NCBI GenBank assembly: GCA_905614355.1
Contig: CAJQSN010000014.1
Span: 10,276-74,275 of the forward strand
Direction: 5' to 3'
Length of the DNA stretch: 64,000 nucleotides
Source of the DNA: an uncultured Rhodospirillales bacterium
Lineage (GTDB): Bacteria; Pseudomonadota; Alphaproteobacteria; Rhodospirillales; UBA2165
Position numbers and translations under genes: made by a program. The notes below the pieces were generated by a model, which saw nothing but the letters and a program-made list of their open reading frames with translations, was not told the DNA's origin and searched no databases. Shown one piece after another: positions 47,993 to 59,658 of the stretch (positions are counted from its first letter, which is position 1; each line of letters starts with the position of its first letter).

Positions 47993-49189
47993 TTATTCTG
48001 CCGCATCTACCAACAAAATTTGCTGGTTTTTACGTATGTTTCTAATTTCCTCAATCAGCCGGTGGGCTGCATAATCAACTTCTTCTTCTAATGTAAACCG
48101 TCCAATTCCTATTCTTAAACTACTTTCAGCCAAATTAGTCGAGGTTCCGATCGCCTTTAAAACATAGGACGCTTCAGAAGAAGCCGACGAACACGCAGAC
48201 CCGGAAGAGAACGCCAGATCAGGTAGTGCAGCCATTAAGCTTTCTGCATCAACACCTTCAAGACTTACGTTCAAGTTGCCCGGAACACGATGGTTCATAC
48301 CCCCATTTACATGCAATCCAGATAAATTATCATCTAAATTGCTCAACAACCCATCTCTCATCTGCTTAAGACGTTTAGCCTCGCTCTCAACCTCGGCCCC
48401 AGCCAATTCACAAGCTTTACCAAAGCCAACACAGAGCGGCGTCGGCAGAGTTCCAGGTCGGATAGACTTCTCTTGACCGCCGCCACTAAACAGCGGTTTA
48501 ATTTTAACTCTAGGTTTTTTAGTTAGGTATAGCGCTCCACATCCCATCGGCCCATATGCTTTATGGCCTGTTATACTCATCAAATCTATGTTCATTGCCT
48601 TTACGTCTAATGACATTTTGCCCAATGCCTGGGCAGCGTCTGTATGTAAAAGGACTTCATGCTCATGGCATAACTTACCAATTTCCGCTATCGGCTGCAC
48701 AGTACCCAATTCATTTTGCACAGTCATGATCGAGACTAACACTGTATCATCAGTGATAGCATCTCTTAGGCTACTAATATCTATTAACCCATCGGAGCCC
48801 ACTTCTAGAAAAGTTACGCGGGTCCCCTCACTTGCAAGTTCATTAGCAGAATCTAAGATACAGGGATGTTCCGTAACACATGTAATTATGTGGTTTTTCT
48901 TCTCTCTATAAAAGCGAGTAATACCTTTAAGGGCGATATTGTTAGCCTCTGTTGCCCCAGATGTAAAATAAATTTCCTCCGAAGAGGCACCTATAGCACC
49001 GGCGACTTGCTCACGCGCCAACTCAACAGCGTCAGAGGCTTCCCACCCATAGTAGTGGCTGCCAGAATGTGGATTACCAAAACTATTACTGAAATAAGGT
49101 AACATCGCATCAACCACACGCGGGTCCGTCGGGGTAGTCGCATGATTATCTAAGTACACTGGTTTACTTCGTATTTTATTTGGTAACAT
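47993..49189 (-). CDS. cysteine desulfurase, class I (NifS/IscS-like)
   Basis: ITGHKAYGPMG (PLP-Lys) and SSGSACSS (catalytic-Cys loop). Confidence 0.85.
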   Translation of the reverse strand: MLPNKIRSKPVYLDNHATTPTDPRVVDAMLPYFSNSFGNPHSGSHYYGWEASDAVELAREQVAGAIGASSEEIYFTSGATEANNIALKGITRFYREKKNHIITCVTEHPCILDSANELASEGTRVTFLEVGSDGLIDISSLRDAITDDTVLVSIMTVQNELGTVQPIAEIGKLCHEHEVLLHTDAAQALGKMSLDVKAMNIDLMSITGHKAYGPMGCGALYLTKKPRVKIKPLFSGGGQEKSIRPGTLPTPLCVGFGKACELAGAEVESEAKRLKQMRDGLLSNLDDNLSGLHVNGGMNHRVPGNLNVSLEGVDAESLMAALPDLAFSSGSACSSASSEASYVLKAIGTSTNLAESSLRIGIGRFTLEEEVDYAAHRLIEEIRNIRKNQQILLVDAAE

Positions 49190-50310
49190 TAGGCAACTTC
49201 CATAAACTTACTAGCATTTGCACTCAAATAAATCTTTTCCCATTCTTGGACAAAATAATCAACATCATCCATAGTGTTTACGTTACCAAGACTTATCCTG
49301 ATCACATTTGAAGCAACACTATTATCAATGCCCATAGCCCTCAACACATGAGAAGGTTGAACCTTACCCGAAGAGCAAGCAGAACCTGCACTGATCATGA
49401 TTCCTTTAAGGTCAAATTTCATAATTTGAGTTTCACTACTCACGCCCGGCATAAAAATACAGCTTGTATTGGGCAATCGGTCAACATTTCCGCCAAATAT
49501 AATTATTCCCGGTGCTATTCTTTTGATAGACGACTCCAATGCATCCCGTAATTTTCTAGTCTTGGCAACATGCGAACGGCTCTCTACAAACTCTACTGCA
49601 ACACCAAAACCAGCTATCCCTGAAAGATTTTCCGTGCCGGCTCGTCGACCCCGCTCTTGACCACCACCTCTCATTAGGGAATTTAATTGAACTTCTTCAT
49701 TTACAATTAACGCTCCAATACCTTGAGGCCCTCCGATTTTGTGAGCTGATAAGCTGATAAAATCTACGCCAAGCTCCTCCCTATCCAACTTAATTTTACC
49801 ACACGCTTGTACGGCATCAGTATGGACCAATGCCCCATATTTTTTTGCAATTTTTGACACTTCAGCAACAGGCTGGATAACTCCAGTTTCATTATTAGCC
49901 AACATTATGGAAACTAAAACTTGCCCTTCAGTTTTATCAAGCCGCTTTTCAAAAGCCACCAGGTCAATTATTCCATTTTCATCTACTGCAAGGCACTCAA
50001 TATTTTCAGCTGCATCCAATACAGAATCATGCTCAACCGTAGAAGCCATGATGTGTTTACATTTAATCCCACGAAGAACCAAATTATTAGCTTCGGTACC
50101 ACCACTTGTAAAAACAACCTCAGATGCGCGTGCTCCTACCAATTTAGCAATTTTATCGCGTGCATCTTCAACCTTTTGACGCGCTAACCGGCCAGCAGCA
50201 TGAATTGAAGACGCATTGCCACCAACAACCAAGGTATCAGAAATCATATTAGCAACGCCAACCGTCATTGGTGTCGTCGCATTATGATCAAAGTAAACAA
50301 ATTGGTTCAT
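49189..50310 (-). CDS. cysteine desulfurase-family aminotransferase, class I (second tandem copy)
   Basis: LSAHKIGGPQG (PLP-Lys) and SAGSACSSG. Its stop overlaps the start of the downstream copy. Confidence 0.85.
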   Translation of the reverse strand: MNQFVYFDHNATTPMTVGVANMISDTLVVGGNASSIHAAGRLARQKVEDARDKIAKLVGARASEVVFTSGGTEANNLVLRGIKCKHIMASTVEHDSVLDAAENIECLAVDENGIIDLVAFEKRLDKTEGQVLVSIMLANNETGVIQPVAEVSKIAKKYGALVHTDAVQACGKIKLDREELGVDFISLSAHKIGGPQGIGALIVNEEVQLNSLMRGGGQERGRRAGTENLSGIAGFGVAVEFVESRSHVAKTRKLRDALESSIKRIAPGIIIFGGNVDRLPNTSCIFMPGVSSETQIMKFDLKGIMISAGSACSSGKVQPSHVLRAMGIDNSVASNVIRISLGNVNTMDDVDYFVQEWEKIYLSANASKFMEVA

Positions 50311-50325
50311 TAAAATATTCCCAAG

Positions 50326-50832
50326 TTACTCTGCAGCATGATAATCAGTTTCCTGCAAAATTGATGTGCTACAATCTGTGATAAAACTCGGTGGAAATAA
50401 ATGCCTTCCACTTGTACCAACAATTTTATTATTAACAACATCGGCTAATGAAACAGAGCTCAAATATAGCAAAATCTGATTACCCAACTCAGACCACAAA
50501 TCATGAGTGAGGCAGCGTGAATTATCAGCAACACAGCCTTTCGACGAGCCTACTGAACAGCGCGTTGTCTGAATTGGCTCATCAACAGCAATCATGATAT
50601 CGGATATTTTGATTTGATCGGCACCACGAGCCAATAAATAACCACCGCCTGGCCCGCGAACAGATTTTACTTGTGCACCTTTTCTTAATTTGCCAAACAG
50701 TTGCTCCAGATAAGAAACAGAAATATCTTGCCTGAGCCCAATATCAGCCAACGCGACAGGTGTATCTTTATTTTGACAGGCCAAATCTACCATTGCCATT
50801 ACTGCATATCTGCCTTTGGTACTAAGTTTCAA
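50326..50832 (-). CDS. Rrf2-family transcriptional regulator (IscR-like)
   Basis: MKLSTKGRYAVMAMVDLA winged-helix N-terminus, followed by three spaced Cys residues (C..x..C....C). It is the first gene of the suf operon. Confidence 0.85.
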   Translation of the reverse strand: MKLSTKGRYAVMAMVDLACQNKDTPVALADIGLRQDISVSYLEQLFGKLRKGAQVKSVRGPGGGYLLARGADQIKISDIMIAVDEPIQTTRCSVGSSKGCVADNSRCLTHDLWSELGNQILLYLSSVSLADVVNNKIVGTSGRHLFPPSFITDCSTSILQETDYHAAE

Positions 50833-50881
50833 AGTTATTCTCCTGTTCTCATGTTTTCACTTAGAAAATTCTCTAAATTAT

Positions 50882-51610
50882 TTAATTACCAGATCTTGAT
50901 ATTTTATTTTTTTCTTCATTTTCTATTTCAGCATTATTATTCGCTAATTCAGTCTCTAGTTTGATCACCCGCTCCCCTAATATATTTAGTTGATGGCGTA
51001 AACTTTCAAAACTACGAGCGATCGGATCCGGCAGATCATCTACTGGCGTGCCGTAGGCACAAAATTCATTTTCAAGCGCCTTATCCCTTCCCATTACAAT
51101 TTTAGCGGGTATGCCGACCATCGTAGCGCCTTGAGGGACGTCTTGTAGAACAACAGCATTTGCACCTATACGGGCACCGCTACCAACATTCAAAGGCCCT
51201 AAAACTTGTGCGCCCGAACCAATAATAACTCCATCTCCGATTGTTGGGTGCCGCTTACCTCTCTCCAATGAAGTTCCACCCAAAGTAACTCCCTGATAAA
51301 GCGTGACATCATCTCCAACCTCGGATGTTTCTCCAACTACAACACCCATGCCATGATCAATAAAAAACCGTTGGCCAATTTCAGCGCCTGGATGAATTTC
51401 TATACCCGTTATAAAGCGACCTAAATTAGAAATTAGGCGGCCTATAAGATAAAATTTTCTTCGCCAAGCAAGATTTGCGAACCTGTAAAAAAGAATTGCA
51501 TGATACCCCGAATAACACAGAATTACTTCAATGCGGGAGCGAGCAGCTGGATCACGAACCATGTAGGAATCAACATCTTCCGTTAGACGCCCAAAAAAAG
51601 TATCCTTCAT
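50882..51610 (-). CDS. cysE: serine O-acetyltransferase
   Basis: The DPAARS N-terminal motif, hexapeptide repeats ([28 protein letters not shown]) and a coiled-coil C-terminal tail. Confidence 0.85.
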   Translation of the reverse strand: MKDTFFGRLTEDVDSYMVRDPAARSRIEVILCYSGYHAILFYRFANLAWRRKFYLIGRLISNLGRFITGIEIHPGAEIGQRFFIDHGMGVVVGETSEVGDDVTLYQGVTLGGTSLERGKRHPTIGDGVIIGSGAQVLGPLNVGSGARIGANAVVLQDVPQGATMVGIPAKIVMGRDKALENEFCAYGTPVDDLPDPIARSFESLRHQLNILGERVIKLETELANNNAEIENEEKNKISRSGN

Positions 51611-51840
51611 TCAATTAATTTCCGTGCATTATTTCATTTAACGTATTAAAAAGCTCTTCTCGAATATGAAGCTCAATTAAAATGCCGTTTTTAATTTTAA
51701 GTTTCGATTTGTATATAGTATTCCTGAGTAAACTAGTCAAGTATTGAGAAAAAACATAAGTAATAAGCCATATTATAGCATAGTAAATTTATATATACGC
51801 ACACTTTTAACCCATATTAAATAGGCAAATTATAAGAACC

Positions 51841-52524
51841 ATGCCGGATGTAATTTTCAATGGACCAGATGGGCGCTTAGAAGGCAGATACCATCAAAGC
51901 AATCAAGTTGATGCACCAATAGCTATTGTGCTTCATCCTCACCCACTTCATGGCGGGAATATGAATAATCGTATTGTTTATACTATGTATAACGCTTTTT
52001 TAGATAGAGGGTTTTCAGTCTTACGATTTAATTTTCGAGGAGTGGGCCGTTCCCAAGGAGTTTTTGACGGTGGGGTTGGAGAATTGAGTGATGCAGCTTA
52101 TGCCTTTGACTGGATGCAGCAATTTAATAAAAATAGCCGTTATTGCTGGATTGGAGGCTATTCTTTTGGCGCGCTAATCTCTATGCAATTAATGATGCGG
52201 CGACCCGAGATTGAGGGCTTCATATCTGTTTCACCACCCGCCAATACCGAGGACTTCTCATTTCTTGCCCCCTGCCCATCTTCAGGCCTAATTTCCCACG
52301 GCGACTCTGACGATCTAATCCCTATTGAAACAGTATCAAAGCTAGCATCTAAACTTGGAGCACAGAAAAACATTGAAGTTAAATTTACAGCCATAAAAGG
52401 TGCAAACCATTTTTATAAAAATAAAATAAACCTCTTAAATACAGAAATTTGTCGATACCTAGATGAATCATTAGCGCCTAAGAAAGAGGAAAAAGCTGAC
52501 AAAAAAAAATCAAAAAAGAAATAA
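51841..52524 (+). CDS. alpha/beta hydrolase-fold protein with a Lys-rich tail
   Basis: HPHPLHGGNMNN, the nucleophile elbow GYSFGA and a late GANHF motif. The precise family is not assigned. Confidence 0.7.
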   Translation: MPDVIFNGPDGRLEGRYHQSNQVDAPIAIVLHPHPLHGGNMNNRIVYTMYNAFLDRGFSVLRFNFRGVGRSQGVFDGGVGELSDAAYAFDWMQQFNKNSRYCWIGGYSFGALISMQLMMRRPEIEGFISVSPPANTEDFSFLAPCPSSGLISHGDSDDLIPIETVSKLASKLGAQKNIEVKFTAIKGANHFYKNKINLLNTEICRYLDESLAPKKEEKADKKKSKKK

Positions 52525-52529
52525 ACTTA

Positions 52530-53612
52530 TTATTGGCTATAAAAATCACCCCCACTTAATTCTGTAACTACACCCGTGGTATTGGGAAAGCTTAACGGAA
52601 GGTTTAGAATAGAGCGGACGGCCAAAAAAGCAAAGGCTTGCGCTTCTAAAGCATCACCATTCCAACCAACGTCTTCAACTGGTATCACTTTAGTCCTAAG
52701 ACGTCTTGATAACTCGTCCATCATAAATGAATTGTGGCGTCCACCTCCAGTTACCAGCCACCGTTTAGGAGAATCAGGCAAATACTTTAAAGATCGAACT
52801 ATTGCCTTAGTAGTAAAGGCAACCAGTGTTGCCGCTGAATCTTGAATTGATAACTTTGCATTATTAGAAAAATTAAATTCATTTCGATCAAGGGATTTGG
52901 GGGGTGCCTCATTAAAATACGAGTGGTCTAATAAAGCGGTTAAGACGTCTTTATTAACTCTCCCCTGCCGAGCTACTCTACCATCGGCATCAAAAGATTT
53001 TCCTAGCTTTCGTTTTATCAAGTCATCGATCAGTGCGTTTCCAGGTCCAGTATCAAATGCGAGCAAGCAAGCATCACTGATAAAACTTATATTCGTGACA
53101 CCTCCAATATTAACAATCATGGTAGGGTCTGAGTTTTTTTTCACTAACGCCCGATGATAAATTGGCGTTAAGGGAGCACCCTGCCCGCCGGCATTAACAT
53201 CCGCACTTCTAAAATTATTCACAACCGAAATGCCAAGCAGTTTTGCCAACAGCGCACCATCCCCAATCTGTAATGTAAAATGTTCTTTAGGATTGTGGTG
53301 GATTGTCTGACCATGAAAACCAATAATATCAATTTCTGAACTTAAAAGGTCATATTTAGAAAATAAATCCTCAACAAGCTCTGCATGTAAGTATGTAAGG
53401 TCTTTTTGTAGAGCTAGTGGTATTTTTTTATTGCCAAGTTCTGCTCTTAAACGATTCTTAAATTTATCACTAAATTGCTTAGTCTCAAAAGCACCAAAAT
53501 GTTTAACAGTGTGACCATCAGTTTTTATAATAGCAGCGTCAATTCCATCTAAAGAAGTCCCACTCATTAACCCGAGAGCTGTATATATCCTGCGCTTAAA
53601 CATAAATCCCAC
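52530..53612 (-). CDS. anmK: anhydro-N-acetylmuramic acid kinase
   Basis: N-terminal GLMSGTSLDGID, NIGG..N and DTGPGN motifs. Confidence 0.9.
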   Translation of the reverse strand: MGFMFKRRIYTALGLMSGTSLDGIDAAIIKTDGHTVKHFGAFETKQFSDKFKNRLRAELGNKKIPLALQKDLTYLHAELVEDLFSKYDLLSSEIDIIGFHGQTIHHNPKEHFTLQIGDGALLAKLLGISVVNNFRSADVNAGGQGAPLTPIYHRALVKKNSDPTMIVNIGGVTNISFISDACLLAFDTGPGNALIDDLIKRKLGKSFDADGRVARQGRVNKDVLTALLDHSYFNEAPPKSLDRNEFNFSNNAKLSIQDSAATLVAFTTKAIVRSLKYLPDSPKRWLVTGGGRHNSFMMDELSRRLRTKVIPVEDVGWNGDALEAQAFAFLAVRSILNLPLSFPNTTGVVTELSGGDFYSQ

Positions 53613-53769
53613 TATATTGACAAAATTTTTAATAATTAAAATTACATATAGCTAATAAATTGTGGCCCAAGCGTGATTATGCTACATGATCCTGATAAAT
53701 ATTTGGCTAAAAATGATCCTGCTCTTTAAATATCATTTCACAACTTACAGTGAGAGTGCTTAACAAATC

Positions 53770-55026
53770 ATGGTTAATTATAATTCAGAATTTTTAAATG
53801 TAATTACAAAACGCGGTTTTCTTCATCAATGCACAGATCTTGAAGCATTGGACAAACGCGCTTCATCGGAAGTTATACCTGCCTATATTGGCTTTGATTG
53901 CACAGCTTCCAGTCTCCACGTAGGCTCTCTCCTACCAGTAATGCTACTCAGATGGCTTCAGAAAACTGGACATAAACCTATCGTGCTTATGGGCGGTGGT
54001 ACCACTAAAATTGGTGACCCATCTGGTAAAGATGAGAGCCGTAAGCTGTTAACAGAAGAAAAAATTAATTCTAACATGGAAGGTATTAAAACTATTTTTT
54101 CTAAATACCTTAATTTTGGTAAGGGTCCAAGCGACGCCGTAATGGTGAATAATGCCACCTGGCTAGATGAGCTAAATTATATAGACTTTCTCAGAAGCTA
54201 CGGACCTCACTTTACTATCAACAGGATGATGACTTTCGATAGTGTGAAACGACGACTTGAACGAGAACAAGCTCTAACCTTTTTAGAATTTAACTATATG
54301 ATCCTCCAAGCATACGATTTTCTAGAACTTTCAAGACGTAATAAGTGCATTATGCAAATGGGAGGATCAGATCAATGGGGCAACATTATTAACGGTGTGG
54401 AGCTTGGCAGACGCTCAGATAACAAGCAACTTTTTGGACTCACAACACCGCTGATGACAACATCATCGGGGGCCAAAATGGGGAAAACAGCGGCAGGTGC
54501 GGTCTGGCTCGATGCGGAGCAATTGTCAGTCTACGATTTCTGGCAATACTGGCGTAACACAGAGGATGCGGATGTGGGCCGATTTATGCGCCTATTCACA
54601 GAATTACCACTTGATGAAATTAAAAAATTAGAAGCTCTAGAAAATGCAGAAATAAACGAAGCAAAAAAAATTCTAGCTGATGAAGTAACAAAACTTTGCC
54701 ATGGAGAAGCAGCGGCAAAAACGGCCTCCACAACTGCCGTGGAAACTTTTGAAGGAACCGGTATCAGCACCAATCTCCCTACACTTGAAGTATCAAAAAA
54801 TGATCTTAAAGCTGGCTTTACTGCATTTGACCTATTCCGCCAAGCAGGTTTAGCAAACTCAAATGGCGAAGCAAGAAGGCTTATAAAAGGTAATGGGGCG
54901 CGACTTAATGATGTTATAATTACTGACGAGACTCAATTAATTTCCTCAAAAGATAAAGATCAAAAAAATCTGATAAAACTATCTGCCGGAAAAAAACGCC
55001 ACGTACTAATTCGAGATATTGACTAA
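53770..55026 (+). CDS. tyrS: tyrosine--tRNA ligase
   Basis: HIGH-type motif (SLHVGSLL), KMGKT (KMSKS) and a C-terminal S4 domain. Confidence 0.93.
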   Translation: MVNYNSEFLNVITKRGFLHQCTDLEALDKRASSEVIPAYIGFDCTASSLHVGSLLPVMLLRWLQKTGHKPIVLMGGGTTKIGDPSGKDESRKLLTEEKINSNMEGIKTIFSKYLNFGKGPSDAVMVNNATWLDELNYIDFLRSYGPHFTINRMMTFDSVKRRLEREQALTFLEFNYMILQAYDFLELSRRNKCIMQMGGSDQWGNIINGVELGRRSDNKQLFGLTTPLMTTSSGAKMGKTAAGAVWLDAEQLSVYDFWQYWRNTEDADVGRFMRLFTELPLDEIKKLEALENAEINEAKKILADEVTKLCHGEAAAKTASTTAVETFEGTGISTNLPTLEVSKNDLKAGFTAFDLFRQAGLANSNGEARRLIKGNGARLNDVIITDETQLISSKDKDQKNLIKLSAGKKRHVLIRDID

Positions 55027-58000
55027 TTTGTAGTGAGCTCTTTAATGGGCTCATCAAATATTCTAAATAATTGTCTCAAAAAACCAGGAGCCAGCACTGA
55101 AAGTGGGTTGGTTGATATATCGGGATCCTTAGGGTTGCCGGTCATTGTATAATTTGCAGCGAATACACCACCATATTTTTCACCTCCCGATAATATCGCT
55201 CCTATAATTGGGATACGGGTCAGCGCTGTATTTAGCATATAGGCAGGTACTATGGTGCCTTTAAGATTCACAGTTTCCAGTTTAGAATTAATTTTCCCCG
55301 TTGCCGTCATACCCAATGAAAGACCTGAAACAGATGCATCCTTTACTATTATAATATCCTTTCTGCTTTCAAAGGGGGCATCTAGCCTGCTAAATCCTAT
55401 ACCTACACCGCCCAAAAGCTCGTCCACAATACCAGTAATTGAAGCTACGTTAAGTAAATTTGCCAATATAGGAGCATTGATTACACGAAAATCATCAATT
55501 TTGGCGCGACCGGAGAATTTACTCTCTGGTAACATTCCATCATATTCACCACGAAGGTATAATTGCCCACCAATCAAGTTATCATAGTAGTCAAAAATCT
55601 TAAGTATAGAACCCGCATTTTTTGCCTTTATCCGAAGAGACCTTTTACCATTTTTGGGAATCAGTGTAATATCGAGAGCCTTATTTACGCCTCGGCCACT
55701 TTTGATATCCGCTGCTTTCCATACCAAACCGTCAAAAGAAATTATGCCATTAACATCCATAAGGCTCTTATTGGGATAAAGCTTTATCGCGTCTAGATTA
55801 AGATGAAAGGTGAGAGGCATACCCCTTACTTTTTCCGCAACCAGATCTTCGCTGGCCATCCACTCTATTAAATCTAACTCCTTACCTGACACATGAATAT
55901 TCCATCCTTCATTCTCAGGATCACTGTGTGGAGCTAAAATAGCCTTAATATCTGTCTGGCCAAAGTTTATGCGATTTATAACAACTTGATTAAGCGCACC
56001 ATCATTTTTGAACGACGCATTGGCATTTAAGTTAAGTCCACCACCTTTATAATTAATCATAGAAATAGATTTGAATTCATCCCTTAAAAACGCGGCAGCA
56101 ATAAATGCACTGGCTGCTACTTTTTTTGGCTTATACCAGCCCATCCTTGGAAGAGTGATCAACGTGTCTTTAAGATCAAGGTTAGCTTCAAGCTCTCCGG
56201 AGCCGTCTTCGCTCACCTTCACTGAAACATCTGCGCCAATCAAACCATTCGTATAAGTTTTATTAAAAGGCGGGAAATTTAATTTAAGCTTTTCACGCCA
56301 ACTTCGATCCCCAACAGTTGCCTTGAGCCGGTATTTACGACGATATTGCCCCATGTTGATAAAATTTTCATGCCACTCCACCTCAGTTTCAACACCCGAA
56401 AGTTGCCCGGTGCCCTTGATCGACATACTCTCATTATCCGCGGTTAAAATGAGATTTCCGTTTGTTAAGTTAAGGTCGAGGCCGATTTTTGGAATACTTA
56501 CTTTCTTTAAAACAGCTTCGGTGGACACTTTTATTTTATCCAAGGTTAAATTTCTTTCTAGCAAGAAATTTAAATTTATTTTCGACGTAAAATCTCCCTT
56601 AATAAGACCGGGGGCAAATCCAATGGACTTCACAAGTCTAAACGGTTTGCTATCGGCAATTTTAATAATTGACCCTAATGATCCGTCAATTTCAAGTTGC
56701 ACATCTGCATGTTGATCAACTTTATCAAGATCAGTGAGCGTTACGTGACCATTTCGGATCAATAAACCACCTGATTTCCCATTCATGATTTCTATGTCAA
56801 CATTGTCGCCGTCAAACTTTATTTTTCCTTTTCCATCAGTAATCTTAGGCATTGGAGTTAAATAATTGACCGTCATATTCTCATAATCCAGAACTCCCTG
56901 AATTGTTGAAACTGCAAAGCCATTCGTCTGACTATAATGTCCTGTTATATTTACTTTTACTGAAGGAATAATACCGCTAACTAAACTCTCAGTCGTCCAT
57001 TCTCTTGCAGGAGCAGCCAACTCTTTAGGCCAAACCGTTAATATCTGATTAATAGAAAGGTCACTAGATTTTCCATCTAACTCAAAAGAAATTTTATCAT
57101 TAAATTTTTGGATAGTTGCTGATGCCGTTACTGTTAATTCTTTAGTAAAAAAATTTACTTTTTCAACTGTAAGTCGGTTAAAATCGAAGTCGTAATCACC
57201 TGATAAAGATATTTTCCTGCCTGGCCACTCATGATTGAACGGCACAGGTAATTTTAATGCACCATCTTTATCCAAGTTCAACGTTAAATTTTCAATCTGA
57301 AGTCGTTGTGCCGCCTTATCATATTGACCAAGAAATTTCATTTCCTCCACTATAACACTGGCCCGCGTGGGTTCTGAAAATACAATCTGGCCCCTACCAC
57401 TTGACATATCAAATTTAAATTTATTAATTTCTCCACTCTTTGTAATAACGAGGTCTACGTCTCCGCTCAGAGGTAAGTTAAAATGTTTTAACGCAGTAAA
57501 TTCTGAAAAAAGTGGCGATACTACAGCTGGATTAAGATCAGAAAATCCAACAGTGACCCTAGCCACGCTTTTATCAATATCATAATAACCTCTCAGATTA
57601 ATGGCCGCTGTTTCGCTAACCAACGAATCGCTAGATTTTAGATCGAGTTCTGCAGATACGCTTACTTTTCCCTCTTTCTTAGTGAGGACCAAATCGGTCT
57701 CAGGGGCTCTCCATTTTCCACCAAACTGACGATCATCAATCATGACATCTGCACTAATAATATCTATCTGACGCAAATAGCCAAGAGATTGGCTAATATC
57801 TATTGGGGATAATAATTGACCAATAATTCCGTCAATTAAATTTTTATTTATGGCTTGCCCATCCTCATTATCACCCACGAAATTGGTTACCCCTAATTCC
57901 AACTTGCCAAATTTCGTCCGAACAATATTTAAACTAGGGCCAAATATCGTTATATTTTTAAGTCCTAATTCACCCTTTAATAGTGCTTCACCACTCAAAG

Positions 58001-58298
58001 AAATCGCCAACTCGGGGATCATGGCAATTACTTGACCACCAGCCGAAACTGCTCGAATACCATGTAATTTTATACTGAGGTTCTGGTCCTTTTGGACCCA
58101 GCTTAGATTTGTATCTTGCAGTTTAATTTCAAAACGATTATCGCTAAATTTAAATGCTGATTCAAAATAAGGAGTCAGAAACGAAAGCGATATTGGCCCA
58201 ACATTAAGGCGCCAAAATATAATTCCCAAAAATACAGAGAACCCGATTGCAAGAACACCAATTAGTTTAACAAAACTGCGGAATATCCGCTTAAACAA
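55023..58298 (-). CDS. large AsmA/YhdP-like envelope protein (DUF3971 plus AsmA-like C-terminus)
   Basis: 1091 aa with a single N-terminal TM segment, a long beta-rich repetitive body and a conserved-looking C-terminus (GTIVPAY..N..L..IP..G). Its stop overlaps the tyrS stop convergently. Confidence 0.65.
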   Translation of the reverse strand: MFKRIFRSFVKLIGVLAIGFSVFLGIIFWRLNVGPISLSFLTPYFESAFKFSDNRFEIKLQDTNLSWVQKDQNLSIKLHGIRAVSAGGQVIAMIPELAISLSGEALLKGELGLKNITIFGPSLNIVRTKFGKLELGVTNFVGDNEDGQAINKNLIDGIIGQLLSPIDISQSLGYLRQIDIISADVMIDDRQFGGKWRAPETDLVLTKKEGKVSVSAELDLKSSDSLVSETAAINLRGYYDIDKSVARVTVGFSDLNPAVVSPLFSEFTALKHFNLPLSGDVDLVITKSGEINKFKFDMSSGRGQIVFSEPTRASVIVEEMKFLGQYDKAAQRLQIENLTLNLDKDGALKLPVPFNHEWPGRKISLSGDYDFDFNRLTVEKVNFFTKELTVTASATIQKFNDKISFELDGKSSDLSINQILTVWPKELAAPAREWTTESLVSGIIPSVKVNITGHYSQTNGFAVSTIQGVLDYENMTVNYLTPMPKITDGKGKIKFDGDNVDIEIMNGKSGGLLIRNGHVTLTDLDKVDQHADVQLEIDGSLGSIIKIADSKPFRLVKSIGFAPGLIKGDFTSKINLNFLLERNLTLDKIKVSTEAVLKKVSIPKIGLDLNLTNGNLILTADNESMSIKGTGQLSGVETEVEWHENFINMGQYRRKYRLKATVGDRSWREKLKLNFPPFNKTYTNGLIGADVSVKVSEDGSGELEANLDLKDTLITLPRMGWYKPKKVAASAFIAAAFLRDEFKSISMINYKGGGLNLNANASFKNDGALNQVVINRINFGQTDIKAILAPHSDPENEGWNIHVSGKELDLIEWMASEDLVAEKVRGMPLTFHLNLDAIKLYPNKSLMDVNGIISFDGLVWKAADIKSGRGVNKALDITLIPKNGKRSLRIKAKNAGSILKIFDYYDNLIGGQLYLRGEYDGMLPESKFSGRAKIDDFRVINAPILANLLNVASITGIVDELLGGVGIGFSRLDAPFESRKDIIIVKDASVSGLSLGMTATGKINSKLETVNLKGTIVPAYMLNTALTRIPIIGAILSGGEKYGGVFAANYTMTGNPKDPDISTNPLSVLAPGFLRQLFRIFDEPIKELTTN

Positions 58299-58425
58299 TT
58301 TCTCATCTCCATTTAATTTCTATTTACTATTTTTTTATAGTATTTACCAAAATTTAATCTCCACCTCTACTTATAACTAGAGGTAACTAAGACCCATTAC
58401 CATTCGTAACAAGACAGATTCAAGG

Positions 58426-59530
58426 TTAACTTACCTCAATACGTGCTGCGAGCGCTGCCACCATAAACATATCGAGATCCCCATCAAGAACCCCCTGTGT
58501 ATTTGAAGTCTCCACCTCAGTTCTTAAATCTTTGATCATTTGGTATGGTTGCAAGACATACGATCGAATTTGATGACCCCAGCCAATGTCCGTTTTAGCG
58601 TCATGTTCTGCTTGAGCAACATCTTCACGTTTCTGCAACTCTACTTCAAACAAACGGGCCCGCAACATTTCATATGCTGCGGCACGGTTACGGTGCTGCG
58701 ACCTATCATTTTGGCACTGGACAACTATGTTAGTAGGTATGTGAGTAATTCTGATAGCTGAATCCGTTTTATTTATATGCTGTCCACCGGCACCAGATGC
58801 TCGATAAGTATCAATACGCAAATCTTTTTCTTCCAACTCAACTATAATATTTTCATCAATCACAGGATAAACCCAAACGGAAGCAAAACTTGTGTGACGA
58901 CGAGCGCTAGAATCAAACGGTGATATCCGCACTAGGCGATGCACGCCACTTTCAGTTTTAAGCCAACCATAAGCATCGGCTCCATTTACACGCAACGTTA
59001 CTGACTTAATACCTGCTTCTTCTCCAGAACTTTCTTCAAGCCACTCAAGCTTATAGCCATGTTTATCTGCCCATCGACTATACATTCTTAGCAGCATAGC
59101 AGCCCAATCTTGCGCTTCAGTGCCCCCTGCTCCTGGATGAATCTCAATATAGCAATCATTAATATCCGCTTCACCAGATAGTAGAGCTTGGACACGTGCT
59201 ATTTTAACTTTTTCACTTAATTCTTGAATAGCTCGTTCAGCTTCGCGAACAATTCCAACATCTTCTTCTAAGATACCAAGCTCAAGAAGTTCAACATTAT
59301 AGCTTAAACCATTAGCGATTTCATCAACCGCCCTCACCCCATCTCCAAGTTTTGTATGCTCTCTCATGAGGCCTTGTGCTTTTATAGGAATGTCCCAGAA
59401 TGTTGGGTCTTCTATTAGAAAGTTTAATTCATCAATTCGCCTAACAGCGTTATCATAGTCAAAGTCGCCTCCTTAGCAGCTTTATTGACTGCCCAATCTC
59501 AGACACTTGATTTTCGATTTCTACACGCAT
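58426..59530 (-). CDS. prfB: peptide chain release factor 2, requiring the programmed +1 frameshift
   Basis: ORF0 is [23 protein letters not shown], ending at CTT TGA C. The +1 frame continues [12 protein letters not shown]... into the 313-aa track ORF. The SPF-region and GGQ motifs ([14 protein letters not shown]) are present. Confidence 0.92.
59458..59473 (-). promoter_or_regulatory. prfB autoregulatory +1 frameshift site
   Basis: On the minus strand: AGGAGG, 3 nt, then CTT TGA C. This is the canonical internal SD plus slippery CUU-UGA-C. Confidence 0.9.
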
Positions 59531-59658
59531 TAAAATTACTCTCCTGAGGATTCACACAGATTATTTTTAACCGTTTCACCAAATATCTACAAGGCTTCAC
59601 CTCTAAATTTAGCGATTTAATTGGAAAATATTAGTTCAGTGTTTAAAGCAAAATTAGG

